A stretch of 63,047 nt of DNA from an uncultured Actinomycetes bacterium (GTDB lineage Bacteria; Actinomycetota; Actinomycetes; S36-B12; UBA10799), in contig CAZKVQ010000012.1 of NCBI GenBank assembly GCA_964556255.1, positions 1 to 63,047 of the forward strand, given 5' to 3'. A model generated the notes under the pieces. It was not told the DNA's origin and searched no databases. It saw only the letters and a program-made list of their open reading frames with translations. Shown piece after piece: positions 45,946-56,456 of this stretch. Position 1 is the first letter of the stretch. Every line of letters begins with the position of its first letter. The translations under genes were made by a program, and so were the position numbers.

Positions 45946-46368
45946 TCAGGAAGTGGCGTGCGGCTGGCTGGCCGCGCCTTCAGCGGCCGAACCGACCTGT
46001 GACGAGGAGGTGGGCGCCGCCGGCGGGGACTTCGGAACGGAGGACATCGGGGCTGCCGGCGGGGCCGCCGGAATTGGCGGAGCCGACTGGGCAGGAGTCG
46101 GCGTCTGAGCCGTCGGCGCCGGCGCCGAATCGGCAGCCGGCGTGGCACCCGCCTCGCCCGGCGTCGACTCGGCCGCCGCCGCTGGCGTCGATGTGGCCGC
46201 ACCTTCGACTGCCTGCTTGTCGTCCTCCATCAGGCCCTTGGTCTCCGCCTTGAAGATCCGCAGCGAGCGACCGATTCCCCGTGCGGCATCCGGGAGCTTC
46301 TTGGACCCGAAGAGCAAGAGCACGATCGCCAGGATGATCAGGATCTCCGGGAGTTTCAGGTTCGCCAT
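45946..46368 (-). CDS. tatA: Twin-arginine translocase subunit TatA with a long Ala/Pro/Ser tail
   Basis: EILIILAIVLLLFGSKKLPDAARGIGRSLRIFKAE. Confidence 0.97.
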   Translation of the reverse strand: MANLKLPEILIILAIVLLLFGSKKLPDAARGIGRSLRIFKAETKGLMEDDKQAVEGAATSTPAAAAESTPGEAGATPAADSAPAPTAQTPTPAQSAPPIPAAPPAAPMSSVPKSPPAAPTSSSQVGSAAEGAASQPHATS

Positions 46369-46512
46369 GTGGACCTCTCTGTGACTCTCATGCGCGAGCT
46401 ATCGGGGCTGATTGATCCGACTGTCACGTCAGCATACGCCCCCCATCCGAGAAGCGGGAGGTACTGTGCGGCTGCAGGCGGGTTGCTCGGTCACTCGAAC
46501 CGGGCCGACGAC

Positions 46513-46869
46513 TCAGCGCCTGATGCGTCGACGGCGTCCGCGCGGTGCCAACGGAACGCTGACCCCGGCCAGGTCCGCCGCGATGGCCCGATCGTCGCCG
46601 AGGGCGAGCGCGAAGTCGAGGATATCGTCGTAGCCGATCACCGGTCCCGCGTGGTTCTCGAGTGCCTCTGCGGGAACGTGGAGGGTTTCGACACCGGCGC
46701 TGGAGAGCAGATCGACCACTTCCGCATCAGCGGTCTTGAACAAGGTCACGCCGCATTCACTGCACGTGAAGGAGTAGTGCGCCCAATTCGGCGCCACGCA
46801 GAGGGACAGATCCGCAGGACTGAGGTCGATGTCACCGCAGTCCGGACAGGTCACCTTGATCGTGGTCAT
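46513..46869 (-). CDS. Zinc-ribbon-like hypothetical protein (CPDC...CSEC)
   Basis: Strong SD gaaggaggt before ATG 46869; MTTIKVTCPDCG...YSFTCSECG; acidic C-terminal half; Arg-rich tail. Confidence 0.75.
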   Translation of the reverse strand: MTTIKVTCPDCGDIDLSPADLSLCVAPNWAHYSFTCSECGVTLFKTADAEVVDLLSSAGVETLHVPAEALENHAGPVIGYDDILDFALALGDDRAIAADLAGVSVPLAPRGRRRRIRR

Positions 46870-46959
46870 GAACCCACCTCCTTCGTAACAGCGATCGATA
46901 CGAAGACTGACGGATTTTCGGCGCGTTTGCACGGTAAACGGCCTAACCCGTGGTAGCAC

Positions 46960-48903
46960 TCAGCGTGACTGGCGCTCCCCAGCAGACGCCGCGAGTTCGG
47001 CGACCAGCGTGCGCACTGAGGTCGGTTCCAGCACCTCGGCCGCACCGCACTCGGCCAGTACGGCTCGCGCCAACCAGTCCGGGCGACTGGTGGACACCCG
47101 AACCAGGCTGCCGCCACCGGCGAGTGCACTGACCTCGTCGCAGGGGATGTTCACCGGGAACTCCCGACCAGACGGGGAAAGCAGGACCGTTACCGGTGTG
47201 CCGAAAGGACGGAGATGCCCATCGGCCACCATCTCCACCGGCGTCTCGACGCGAACGGAATCGTCACCGGTCAGTGTGGCCTCTTGCACCCGGTCCAGCC
47301 GCACATAGACGGGTTCGGTGCCGTCCTCGAGTGCGAATAGATACCGGTGCCCTGAGGCGACGCGGGCCTCGACCGGATGCAATAGAACTCGTCTGATGCT
47401 GTCGTGACCGACGCTCAGATAGGTGACATCCAGCACCCGGCCCTCGGCGATGGCCTGCCGAACCGTCGCGATCACCGACGCGTCGGTCTCGTCCACATTC
47501 GCCAGCGCGATGGCGCCGAGGCCGCCCGCGCGCCCGGAGGCCTGCGTGACCTTGTCCCGGACCTGGGCGAACACCTCGGTATCCGCCACATCATCGAACT
47601 GCTCGAGCATCGCCAGGCCCATCAACAGAGGCAGCGCCTCCGGGCCGGAGAGGCTCACCGGGCGATCCGCCGCCTGCGGGTTGAACAGACGGATCCAACC
47701 GTCGTCCGTGACCCCGATCTCGAGCGTCTCGTGATTGACCCCGAATTCGGTGCACGAGGCCAGTTCGACATCCGCGGCCAACAGCTCGGGGCTGACCTCG
47801 AATTTGGCCGCCGCTTCGGCCAGCGGAACCGATCCATTGCGCGAACGAACCCAGGCTACGAGATTGAGGATGCGGGCGACCCGTTCCGGCGCAGCGGACT
47901 TAGCACGTTCACGACCGGTCTCGATCACCTCGCCCGGCGCCGACGGTGGACCGGAATGCATGGCAGCGACCTTTTCCGCGGCCCTCTTGACCTCCTCGGC
48001 CAGTCCGGGCGGCGACACGACCCGGGCGGCGTCGCCGGCGCCCAACACCACGCGAAGTGCCCAGGCCGCCTCCCGGTAGGGCAGTTCGAGCAGGTCATCC
48101 CCGTTAGCGTCCGCGCCGACCTGTACCGCCAGCGAGCGCAGTGCGGGTGCCCGCCCCGGAGCAACCGCCAGGGTGGCTGAGCCGACCGGATCGCGCTCGA
48201 GGACGGCGTTCAACTCAGCCTCCAGATCCGCGTCGGGCGGGACCTCGAAAGCCCCGGGCCGGCCCACCGAACTGACCGGGCCCGTGATCCGGGAGAGCCG
48301 GAACACCCGGACGGCTTGACGCTGCTGATCCAAACCCACCAGGAACCAGCGTTCGCCCCGGATCACGCAACCCCACGGTTCCACCCGCCTACGCATAGGC
48401 ACCGAATCCTGGGGCTTGAGGTAGTCGAAGGTGATGGCCTGCCCCTGCTGTCGCGCCTGGATGATCGTCGCAATGTCGGACGATCGGGTCACAGACGAGC
48501 CGACGGCGGCTTGCGCCTCCGGGATCGCCTCACCCCCCGCCGCCTCCAGCTTGGTGAGGGCTGTTCGACTGGCCCGCCCCCAGTCCGCATCACTCCACAG
48601 GGCAGCTGCCATCCCCAGCAGGAGCTTCTCGTCGCTGCTGAGCGTCAGGGTCGGCACGACCGTGGACGACAGGTCCGCCCGGTAGGCGGCTGTGTCCGGA
48701 TCACTCGGGTCGTCCGCGATGATGGCAAGGCCCAGTGAACGTAGGTCAGCCTTGTCCCGCTCGAACTGCCGCTCGAAAGCGACGCGGTCGCTGGTGTCGT
48801 ACTCGCCGACGTACGCGCCGATCTGCTCCTTGGTGAGCGGAATCCGGCTCGACATCAACAGCAGTGCAAGTGCCGTGAGCCGTTCGGTCTTCTTGGTCGA
48901 CAA
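46960..48903 (-). CDS. pafBC: Fused PafB-PafC WYL-domain transcriptional activator (2 x HTH-WYL-WCX)
   Basis: N half: TERL...AFERQFERDKADLRSLG...RRVEPWG...WFLVG...FRLSRI (PafB). C half: ERVARILNLVAWV...AAAKFEVS...YLFA...RLDRV (PafC). One uninterrupted 647-aa frame in the pafB/pafC position. Confidence 0.9.
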   Translation of the reverse strand: MSTKKTERLTALALLLMSSRIPLTKEQIGAYVGEYDTSDRVAFERQFERDKADLRSLGLAIIADDPSDPDTAAYRADLSSTVVPTLTLSSDEKLLLGMAAALWSDADWGRASRTALTKLEAAGGEAIPEAQAAVGSSVTRSSDIATIIQARQQGQAITFDYLKPQDSVPMRRRVEPWGCVIRGERWFLVGLDQQRQAVRVFRLSRITGPVSSVGRPGAFEVPPDADLEAELNAVLERDPVGSATLAVAPGRAPALRSLAVQVGADANGDDLLELPYREAAWALRVVLGAGDAARVVSPPGLAEEVKRAAEKVAAMHSGPPSAPGEVIETGRERAKSAAPERVARILNLVAWVRSRNGSVPLAEAAAKFEVSPELLAADVELASCTEFGVNHETLEIGVTDDGWIRLFNPQAADRPVSLSGPEALPLLMGLAMLEQFDDVADTEVFAQVRDKVTQASGRAGGLGAIALANVDETDASVIATVRQAIAEGRVLDVTYLSVGHDSIRRVLLHPVEARVASGHRYLFALEDGTEPVYVRLDRVQEATLTGDDSVRVETPVEMVADGHLRPFGTPVTVLLSPSGREFPVNIPCDEVSALAGGGSLVRVSTSRPDWLARAVLAECGAAEVLEPTSVRTLVAELAASAGERQSR

Positions 48904-48909
48904 GGTGTG

Positions 48910-49278
48910 TCAGGACACCGCGAGCAGGTCGATCACGAAGATCAGGGTGCTGCCGCTGAGCCGGTGGCCACCGCCGGCCTCGCCGTAGGCGAGCCTCGGC
49001 GGAATGATGAGTTCACGGCGTCCGCCGACCTTCATCCCGGGAATCCCCTCCTGCCAACCGGCGATCAGCCCCTGCAGCGGGAAGCTGATGGGCTCACCGC
49101 GACCCCAGCTGGAGTCGAACTCCTCTCCGGTGGCGTAGTCCACCCCGGTGTAGTGCACGAGCACCTTTGCACCTGCAACAGCTTCGGCCCCGTCACCGAC
49201 GATCAGATCCTCGATGACCAGTTCGGTCGGCGGCTCACCCTCATGGAACTCGATGACAGGAGGTTCACGGTCAGTCAT
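48910..49278 (-). CDS. FKBP-type peptidyl-prolyl cis-trans isomerase (cytoplasmic)
   Basis: VHYTG, EFDSSWGRG, LIAGWQEGI-x-GMKVGGRRELIIPP-x-LAYG, TLIFVIDL. Confidence 0.96.
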   Translation of the reverse strand: MTDREPPVIEFHEGEPPTELVIEDLIVGDGAEAVAGAKVLVHYTGVDYATGEEFDSSWGRGEPISFPLQGLIAGWQEGIPGMKVGGRRELIIPPRLAYGEAGGGHRLSGSTLIFVIDLLAVS

Positions 49279-49280
49279 GT

Positions 49281-49832
49281 TCAATTCACCTTGATCAGAT
49301 CGACGACGAATACCAGGGTCGAATTGGCCGGGATCCCTGGAAGTGCTTGTGAACCGTACGCCAGATTGGGCGGCACGATCAACAGCCGTCGACCCCCTTC
49401 TTTCATTCCCGGAATCCCCTCGCGCCAGCCCGGGATCACCTGATTGAGCGAGAACGAGATCGGTTCGTCGCGATTCCAGGACGAGTCGAACAGGCTGCCG
49501 TCGCTGAAGAGCACGCCGGTGTACTGGAAGGTGCCGGCGCCGCCGGCCTTGATCTCGGTTCCACCACCGGTGTAGACGTCCTTCTTGACGAGGGTCTTCG
49601 GGGCTGGCTCGCCCTTCGTCACGGTGACGGTCGGCTGGACCTCCTTGGGCCCGCTCACCGTGACGCCGTTGGTAGTCACCGTCGGGCCGGACACACCCGA
49701 GGCCGAACTCGCGCCGCCTACGACCGTCGGCGTTGGTGATGAAGCACTCGAACTGTTGCCGCAGCCAGCCAGTGTGGCGATCGTGACCGCCGCGGACAGG
49801 ACACCGACCGAGATACGTTGGCTGAAATTCAT
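49281..49832 (-). CDS. FKBP-type peptidyl-prolyl cis-trans isomerase, lipoprotein
   Basis: Lipobox LAGC; QYTG, FDSSWNR, VIPGWREGI-x-GMKEGGRRLLIVPPNLAYG, IPANSTLVFVVDL. Confidence 0.94.
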   Translation of the reverse strand: MNFSQRISVGVLSAAVTIATLAGCGNSSSASSPTPTVVGGASSASGVSGPTVTTNGVTVSGPKEVQPTVTVTKGEPAPKTLVKKDVYTGGGTEIKAGGAGTFQYTGVLFSDGSLFDSSWNRDEPISFSLNQVIPGWREGIPGMKEGGRRLLIVPPNLAYGSQALPGIPANSTLVFVVDLIKVN

Positions 49833-49838
49833 CGGCCG

Positions 49839-49844
49839 ATCCTA
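49839..49844 (-). promoter_or_regulatory. -10 element (TAGGAT), leaderless-type, for the FKBP pair/pafBC
   Basis: TANNNT 6 nt before ATG 49832. Confidence 0.55.
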
Positions 49845-49851
49845 ACGGCGC

Positions 49852-51219
49852 CTACATGCTCTCGATCAGCCGGGCAACCCGTTCGTCCACGGAGCGGAAG
49901 GGATCCTTGCACAGCACGGTGCGCTGTGACTGGTCGTTCAACTTCAGATGTACCCAGTCGACTGTGAAGTCACGCCGACGCTCCTGGGCGCGCCGGATGA
50001 AGTCGCCGCGCAGCTTGGCCCGGGTCGTCTGCGGTGGCACGGTCTTCGCCTCGAAGATGCGAACGTCGTCCGTCACCCGCGCCGCTTGGCCGGATCCCTG
50101 CAGCAGGTAGAACAGGCCTCGACTCCTGGTGACATCGTGGTAGGCAAGGTCGAGCTGAGCGACTCTGGCGCTACCGAGATCGAGGTCGTGCTTGTTCATG
50201 TATCGGTTGATCAGCCGCTGTTTGATCGCCCAATCGATCTCCGTGTCGACCAGACTGGGATCCTCCTTACGGACCGCCTGCAGGGTGCGCGCCCACAATT
50301 CAGCCGCGCGAGCAGCCAGGCTGCCCGGTTCCAGCAACCCCTGGGAGTCGGCGTGGCCGAGCGCCTTCGTCATGTACTCCTCTTGAAGATCCAGCGCGGA
50401 CATCTCGCGCCCATTGGCGAGTTTGACGGTCCTGGTGCCGGTGAGATCGTAGGAGATGTCCCGGATGGCGCGGATCGGATTCTCCAGCGCCAGCTCGCGC
50501 ATCGGTCGTCCGGCCTCCAGAAATCGCAACACCAGATCGGTGCTGGCCACCTTGAGCATGGTCGTGGTCTCGCTCATGTTCGAGTCACCCACGATCACAT
50601 GCAGTCTGCGGAAACGGTCGGCGTCGGCGTGCGGTTCGTCGCGGGTGTTGATGATCGGTCGACTCCGGGTGGTCGCGCTAGACACCCCCTCCCAGATGTG
50701 TTCGGCGCGCTGACTGAGGCTGTACACCGCGCCGCGCGGCGTCTGGAGCACTTTCCCGGCACCGCAGATCAGCTGCCGCGAGACTAGGAACGGGATGAGG
50801 GAATCCGCCAGTTGGGAGAACTCTCCCTGGCGGGTGATCAGGTAGTTCTCGTGACAGCCGTAGGAGTTCCCCGCCGAGTCGGTGTTGTTCTTGAAGAGGT
50901 AGATCTCGCCGCCGACGCCCTCGTCCTGCAGCCGGCGCTGGGCATCGGCCACCAGCCCCTCGAGGACGCGCTCGCCGGCTTTGTCGTGGGTGACCAGTTG
51001 GACGATGTCGTCGCACTCGGCGGTCGCATACTCCGGGTGACTGCCGACATCGAGGTACAGCCGGGATCCGTTGCGCAGGAAGACGTTGGAACTGCGACCC
51101 CAGGAAACGACCCGACGGAATAGGTAGCGGGCGACTTCGTCGGGTGAGAGCCTGCGTTGGCCGCGGAAGGTACACGTGACCCCGTACTCGGTCTCGATGC
51201 CGAAGATTCGCCGGTCCAC
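49852..51219 (-). CDS. pafA: Pup-protein ligase
   Basis: [69 protein letters not shown]. Confidence 0.98.
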   Translation of the reverse strand: MDRRIFGIETEYGVTCTFRGQRRLSPDEVARYLFRRVVSWGRSSNVFLRNGSRLYLDVGSHPEYATAECDDIVQLVTHDKAGERVLEGLVADAQRRLQDEGVGGEIYLFKNNTDSAGNSYGCHENYLITRQGEFSQLADSLIPFLVSRQLICGAGKVLQTPRGAVYSLSQRAEHIWEGVSSATTRSRPIINTRDEPHADADRFRRLHVIVGDSNMSETTTMLKVASTDLVLRFLEAGRPMRELALENPIRAIRDISYDLTGTRTVKLANGREMSALDLQEEYMTKALGHADSQGLLEPGSLAARAAELWARTLQAVRKEDPSLVDTEIDWAIKQRLINRYMNKHDLDLGSARVAQLDLAYHDVTRSRGLFYLLQGSGQAARVTDDVRIFEAKTVPPQTTRAKLRGDFIRRAQERRRDFTVDWVHLKLNDQSQRTVLCKDPFRSVDERVARLIESM

Positions 51220-51223
51220 TCGT

Positions 51224-51910
51224 CTAGCCCCCGTCGGCGAGCAGCCGGCCGAGCTTGTCGCCGGTCAGTCGACGGAAGCATCGACGTTCTCGGTTGCGCT
51301 CGAGCACTGCCACTTCGAGGTCGTCGGGTTCGATCGGCTCCCGTTCTCCGGAGAGCGCGCACCGGGCCAGTTGCAGAGACTCTGGCAAACCCATGCCCTC
51401 GTGCCATTTCTCCTTCAACTCGGCAGTGATGTTCTCCGCCGAACCGCCCATGGCGACGTATCCCCGCTCGTCGGCGACCGACCCGTCGAAGGTCAATCGG
51501 TAGAGCTGGTCCTCGTCGGCGGTGTGACCGACCTCAGCGACTACCAACTCGATTTCGTACGGCTTCGGCGCCTCGGTGAAGACCGAACCCAAGGTCTGCG
51601 CGTAGGCATTGGCCAAACCCCGGCTGGTCACGTCTGAGCGGTCGTAGGAGAAGCCGGTCAGGTCGGCGAAACGGACGCCGGCGACCCGAAGTCGCTCGAA
51701 TTCGTTGTACTTGCCGACCGCGGCGAACCCGATACGGTCGTAGATCTCGCTGATCTTGTGCAGGGCCCGCGACGGGTTCTCCGCCACCAGCAGGATCCCG
51801 TCGTCGTAGGTCAGCACGACGACGGACCTACCACGGGCGATTCCTTTCCGCGCGAAATCGGCCTTGTCCTTGGTGATCTGCTCCGGGGAGACGTAGAACG
51901 GCATCGACAT
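51224..51910 (-). CDS. prcA: Proteasome subunit alpha
   Basis: MPFYVSPEQ...[32 protein letters not shown]. Confidence 0.98.
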   Translation of the reverse strand: MSMPFYVSPEQITKDKADFARKGIARGRSVVVLTYDDGILLVAENPSRALHKISEIYDRIGFAAVGKYNEFERLRVAGVRFADLTGFSYDRSDVTSRGLANAYAQTLGSVFTEAPKPYEIELVVAEVGHTADEDQLYRLTFDGSVADERGYVAMGGSAENITAELKEKWHEGMGLPESLQLARCALSGEREPIEPDDLEVAVLERNRERRCFRRLTGDKLGRLLADGG

Positions 51911-52782
51911 CAGAGTTCACCGCCCGACTCCGGAAGGTCGGCCTTGGGGCCGTCCGGGCTCCTGCGACGCTCGGCAACAACTTCCCCGGTCAGTTCCCCG
52001 GCCTCCTCATCGGAGAGCATGCGCACCCCATCGGTGGTCGCAATGGCGATCAACGGGAAGATGCTCCGGTACATGTCGGGTCCACCGGTCGCCGAGTCGT
52101 CATCCGCGGCGTCGAACAGCGCCTCGACGCACACCTTCGCAGCCGACCGCTCGCTCGCACCCGGGCGGTAGAGCTTCTTCAGCGATCCGCGGGCGAATTG
52201 ACTACCGGAACCGACGGCATAGAAGTCGTGCTCCTCGTAGCGCCCGCCGGTAACGTCGTAGGAGAAGATCCGGCCGTCCCCCCGGGCCAGGTCGAACCCG
52301 GCAAAAATCGGCACGACCGCGAGCCCTTGGATTGCCATCGCCAGATTCCCCCGGATGAGGGTGCTCAGCCGATTGGCCTTGCCGACCATCGATAGCGTCG
52401 CGCCCTCGATCTTCTCGTAGTGTTCCAACTCCAATTGGAACGTGCGGACCAGTTCCATCGCCAGCCCGGCAGTGCCGGCAATGCCGACCATGGAGTACTC
52501 ATCGGCCGGGAAGACCTTCTCGATATCCCGCTGCGCGATGACATTGCCCATCGTCGCCCGGCGGTCGCCGGCCATGACCACGCCGCCGGCGAACGTGCTC
52601 GCGACGATGGTCGTGCCGTGCGGCGCCAAGTCGGCCAGCGCCGCCGTATCTGCCGAACCGGGGGCTGACCCGCGCCCGGGGAGCAACTCGGGCGCATGCT
52701 CGGCCAGGAAGTCCATGAAGGATGAGTTGCCGGTGGTCATGAAAGGCGCAGGCAGACCGCGGGCGCTGTCCGACGGGCCCAC
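51910..52782 (-). CDS. prcB: Proteasome subunit beta
   Basis: Propeptide with SSFMDFL, cleavage site [36 protein letters not shown]. Confidence 0.98.
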   Translation of the reverse strand: MGPSDSARGLPAPFMTTGNSSFMDFLAEHAPELLPGRGSAPGSADTAALADLAPHGTTIVASTFAGGVVMAGDRRATMGNVIAQRDIEKVFPADEYSMVGIAGTAGLAMELVRTFQLELEHYEKIEGATLSMVGKANRLSTLIRGNLAMAIQGLAVVPIFAGFDLARGDGRIFSYDVTGGRYEEHDFYAVGSGSQFARGSLKKLYRPGASERSAAKVCVEALFDAADDDSATGGPDMYRSIFPLIAIATTDGVRMLSDEEAGELTGEVVAERRRSPDGPKADLPESGGEL

Positions 52783-52971
52783 CTACTGTCCGCCCTTCTG
52801 CACGAAAGCAGCAACGAACTCCTCGGCGTTCGTCTCCAGGACGTCGTCGATCTCGTCGAGGATCGCGTCGACCTCAGCGTCGCGAGCAGCGGTATCGGAG
52901 GAGACCGCGGCGACGTCCTCGTCCTCAGGGGCCGTGGTGGACTCCTTACGAACCTTCTCCTGACCGGCCAT
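52783..52971 (-). CDS. pup: Prokaryotic ubiquitin-like protein Pup (C-terminal GGQ)
   Basis: DAILDEIDDVLETNAEEFV-x2-FVQKGGQ; SD aaggaggt. Confidence 0.98.
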   Translation of the reverse strand: MAGQEKVRKESTTAPEDEDVAAVSSDTAARDAEVDAILDEIDDVLETNAEEFVAAFVQKGGQ

Positions 52972-53022
52972 GGCCGACCTCCTTCTTCGGTGAGCACTGC
53001 CTGCAGGTGCTGTGCGAAGAGC

Positions 53023-54549
53023 CTAGTCGCTGGGTCCGACCGTGAGCGAGCGAACGAGGTCGGCGGCGCTGGCGGATTTCGCCAACAGCGCACCGACGTG
53101 CTCCTTCGTCCCCCGGAAGGGGTCCAACGTGGGTACCCGCACGAGTGGCTCCCGCTCCGGGAGGTCGAAGATGACCGAATCCCAGCTGGCGGCTGCGACG
53201 CTCCCGGGAAAACGACGGATGCATTCCCCGCGGAAGTAGGCCCGGGTGTTCTCCGGCGGGTTGGCCTCTGCCCAGGCGACCTGATCGTCGGTGGTCAACC
53301 GCTGAAGCTTCCCGCGCGCCTCCAGCCTATGGGCCAATCCGCGATCGTCCCGGACGTCGCTGTACTGGACGTCGACCAGTTGCAGCCGCGCGTCGGTCCA
53401 GTCCAGCGAGTCACGCCTCCGGTAGCCCTCGATCAGCTGCAACTTGGCGACCCAGTCCAGCTGCTCCACGAGTTCCATCGGATCGCGCTCGAGGGCGTCC
53501 AGCGCGCTCTGCCAGCGGTGCAGGACGTCGCGGGTCTCGGGATCGGCGTCGGCGCCATAGGTGTCCGCGACGTACTTGGCGGCCTGATCGGCGTACTCCT
53601 GTTGCAGCTGAACAGCTGTCACCGTGCGCCCGGAGCGCAGGGTGATCACGTGCCTCAAGGACGGATCGTGGCTCACTTGATGAAACTCGGTCACGGGTTT
53701 CAGCGGCATCAGATCCTCGGTGAGCCAGCCGGCTTCCAGCATCGCCAGCACCAGCGAGGTCGTGCCCAACTTCAGGTAGGTGGCGACTTCCGACATGTTC
53801 GCATCGCCGACGATCACGTGTAGCCGTCGATAGAGCTCCGGGTCTGCATGGGGCTCATCGCGGGTGTTGATTATGGGTCGTTTCAGGGTGGTCTCCAGAC
53901 CGACCTCGACCTCGAAGAAGTCGGCGCGCGAGGACAGTTGGAACCCGGGTCGGCGACCGTCCTGCCCCCGTCCGACCCGGCCCGCGCCGGTGATCACGCA
54001 CCGGGAGATGAAGAAAGGCGTCAGGTGCCGGACGACGTCGGGAAAGGGTGTTCGCCGACTCATGAGGTAGTTCTCGTGGGTGCCGTAGGAGGCGCCTTTG
54101 TTGTCCGTGTTGTTCTTGTACAGCTGGATCCGACCGACTCCCGGGATGTTCGCCGCCAACCTGGCCGCCTGCGCCATGACTGTCTCCCCGACGCGGTCGT
54201 ACAGCACTGCCTGTGACGGGAACAGCACCTCCGGGGATGAGTACTCCGGATGGGCATGATCGACGTAGAGTCGGGCACCGTTGGTAAGGATCACGTTGGC
54301 GAGGCCGATGTCCTCGTCGGTCAGCTGACTCGCATCGGCCTCCGCCCGGGTCATGTCGAACCCACGGGCGTCGCGCAGCGGCGCCTCCTGTTGGTAGTCC
54401 CAGCGCGCGCGAGCCTGCCCGTTCAAACCTCGCTCGGAGGCGTAGGCGTTGACGATATGGGTCGACAGCACCATGGCGTTAGCGTTGGGGTGTCCCGGCA
54501 CGGTGATCCCGTACTCGGTCTCGATCCCCATGACTCGCTTGACGCTCAT
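53023..54549 (-). CDS. dop: Pup deamidase/depupylase
   Basis: [79 protein letters not shown]-x-GT. Confidence 0.98.
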   Translation of the reverse strand: MSVKRVMGIETEYGITVPGHPNANAMVLSTHIVNAYASERGLNGQARARWDYQQEAPLRDARGFDMTRAEADASQLTDEDIGLANVILTNGARLYVDHAHPEYSSPEVLFPSQAVLYDRVGETVMAQAARLAANIPGVGRIQLYKNNTDNKGASYGTHENYLMSRRTPFPDVVRHLTPFFISRCVITGAGRVGRGQDGRRPGFQLSSRADFFEVEVGLETTLKRPIINTRDEPHADPELYRRLHVIVGDANMSEVATYLKLGTTSLVLAMLEAGWLTEDLMPLKPVTEFHQVSHDPSLRHVITLRSGRTVTAVQLQQEYADQAAKYVADTYGADADPETRDVLHRWQSALDALERDPMELVEQLDWVAKLQLIEGYRRRDSLDWTDARLQLVDVQYSDVRDDRGLAHRLEARGKLQRLTTDDQVAWAEANPPENTRAYFRGECIRRFPGSVAAASWDSVIFDLPEREPLVRVPTLDPFRGTKEHVGALLAKSASAADLVRSLTVGPSD

Positions 54550-54555
54550 GAACCC

Positions 54556-54561
54556 AGCCTA
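54556..54561 (-). promoter_or_regulatory. -10 element (TAGGCT), leaderless-type, for dop-pup-prcBA-pafA
   Basis: TANNNT 6 nt before ATG 54549. Confidence 0.6.
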
Positions 54562-54689
54562 ACCCGCTCGGGAGTGACCACCACGGCACACAGGTGTCGC
54601 GATCGGCAGTCGAAACTCGACCGGGCGGCTACACCGATCATCCAGTGGGTTCACCCCCGGGTCTGCCGCACGGTGGCAGCCCCGATCGA

Positions 54690-56345
54690 TCAAAGGTACT
54701 GACCGGTGTTGGCGGTGGTATCGATCGAACGACCGGGCTCGCCGCCTTGCTTTCCGCGGATCAGGGTGCGGATGAAGACGATTCGCTCGCCCTTCTTCCC
54801 GGAGATCCTCGCCCAGTCGTCGGGGTTCGTGGTGTTGGGCAAGTCCTCGTTCTCGCGGAACTCATCAACGCAGGCAGCAAGCAGATGGGCAACCCGAATT
54901 CCCTTCTGACCGCTGTCGAGATAGTCCTTGATCGCTGAGGTCTTAGCCCGCGACACGATGTTCTCCAACATCGCGCCGGAGTTGAAATCCTTGAAGTAGA
55001 GAACCTCCTTGTCGCCATTGGCGTAGGTGACTTCCAGGAAGCGATTCTCCTCATCGTCGGAGTACATCCGTTCCACCGCGCGACGGATCATGGCGGTCAC
55101 CGTGGCCTGCGGGTCGTTGCCGTGCTCGGCAAGGTCGTCGGGATGCAGCGGCAGGTCCGCCGTCAGGTACTTCGAGAGGATCTCGCCAGCCGCCTGGGCA
55201 TCGGGACGCTCGATCTTGATCTTCACGTCGAGTCGACCTGGACGCAGGATGGCCGGGTCGATCATGTCTTCTCTGTTCGAGGCGCCGATCACGATGACGT
55301 TCTCGAGCCCCTCGACGCCGTCGATCTCGCTGAGCAACTGCGGGACGATGGTGTTCTCGACGTCGCTGGAGACACCGGAGCCGCGGGTTCGGAACAGCGA
55401 ATCCATCTCGTCGAAGAATACGATCACCGGCATGCCACCGCTGGCCTTCTCACGGGCCCGCTGGAACACCAGTCGGATGTGGCGCTCGGTTTCGCCGACA
55501 TACTTGTTCAGCAACTCCGGGCCCTTGATGTTGAGGAAGAAGCTGCGACCCTCGGCGGCGCCGGTGCGCTCGGTCACCTTGCGCGCAAGTGATGCCGCAA
55601 CCGCCTTCGCGATGAGGGTCTTGCCGCAACCGGGCGGACCGTACAGCAGGATCCCCTTGGGCGGGCGGAGCTGGTGCTCGGCGTAGAGGTCCGCGTGGAG
55701 ATAGGGCAACTCGACCGCGTCGCGGATCTGCTCGATCTGGGCACCCAGACCGCCGATGTCCTGGTAGCCGATATCCGGCACCTCCTCGAGCACCAGTTCC
55801 TCGACCTCGGCCTTCGGAATCCGCTCGTAGACGTAGCCGGACCGCAGATCCAGTAGCAGCGAGTCCCCCGCGCGGATCGTGCTCCCGCGCAGCGGCTCTG
55901 CGATGCGGACGACCTTCTCCTCGTCGGTATGGCCCAGCACAAGGGCCCGATCGCCGCCGGACAGCAACTCCTTGAACATCACGACCTCGCCGACCGATTC
56001 GAACTCGCAGGCCTTCACGATGTTCAGCGCGTCGTTGAGCATCACTTCCTGTCCGGGCACCAACGCCTCGGCGTCAACGCTCGGACTCACGACGACGCGG
56101 TGCTTGCGGCCCGCCGCAATGATGTCGGCCGTGCCCTCATCGACGAGTTCCAGGAACACCCCGTAGCCGTTGGGCGGCTCGCCGAGGCGATCCAGCTCTT
56201 CCCGCAGCGAGACGATCTGGTCGCGGGCGTCGCGCAGCGTCGCCGCCAACCGCCGGTTGGATTCCTTCGTCGCTTCAAGGGCGGCGGCCAGGGAGTCCCG
56301 GCCCGACGGCGGGGGCGTGCGGTCGTCGTGGTCGTCGTTTGTCAT
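54690..56345 (-). CDS. arc: Proteasome-associated AAA ATPase ARC/Mpa
   Basis: Coiled coil, OB domains, [36 protein letters not shown]-terminal GQYL proteasome-docking motif. Confidence 0.98.
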   Translation of the reverse strand: MTNDDHDDRTPPPSGRDSLAAALEATKESNRRLAATLRDARDQIVSLREELDRLGEPPNGYGVFLELVDEGTADIIAAGRKHRVVVSPSVDAEALVPGQEVMLNDALNIVKACEFESVGEVVMFKELLSGGDRALVLGHTDEEKVVRIAEPLRGSTIRAGDSLLLDLRSGYVYERIPKAEVEELVLEEVPDIGYQDIGGLGAQIEQIRDAVELPYLHADLYAEHQLRPPKGILLYGPPGCGKTLIAKAVAASLARKVTERTGAAEGRSFFLNIKGPELLNKYVGETERHIRLVFQRAREKASGGMPVIVFFDEMDSLFRTRGSGVSSDVENTIVPQLLSEIDGVEGLENVIVIGASNREDMIDPAILRPGRLDVKIKIERPDAQAAGEILSKYLTADLPLHPDDLAEHGNDPQATVTAMIRRAVERMYSDDEENRFLEVTYANGDKEVLYFKDFNSGAMLENIVSRAKTSAIKDYLDSGQKGIRVAHLLAACVDEFRENEDLPNTTNPDDWARISGKKGERIVFIRTLIRGKQGGEPGRSIDTTANTGQYL

Positions 56346-56456
56346 CGGTCGACCTCCTCATGGCGGTAAGTCATGACCCTACCTAGATCACGGCAGATCT
56401 CCAGCCCGGATGCGATAGATCACACGGCGCTGCTGAGCCCGACGGGTGCGACGACG

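Noticed and set aside
46915-46922. GCCGAAAA (minus strand) as a sigma28/WhiG/FliA -10 for the zinc-ribbon gene
   Set aside because: There is no TAAA/CTCA -35 element at 15-17 nt spacing.
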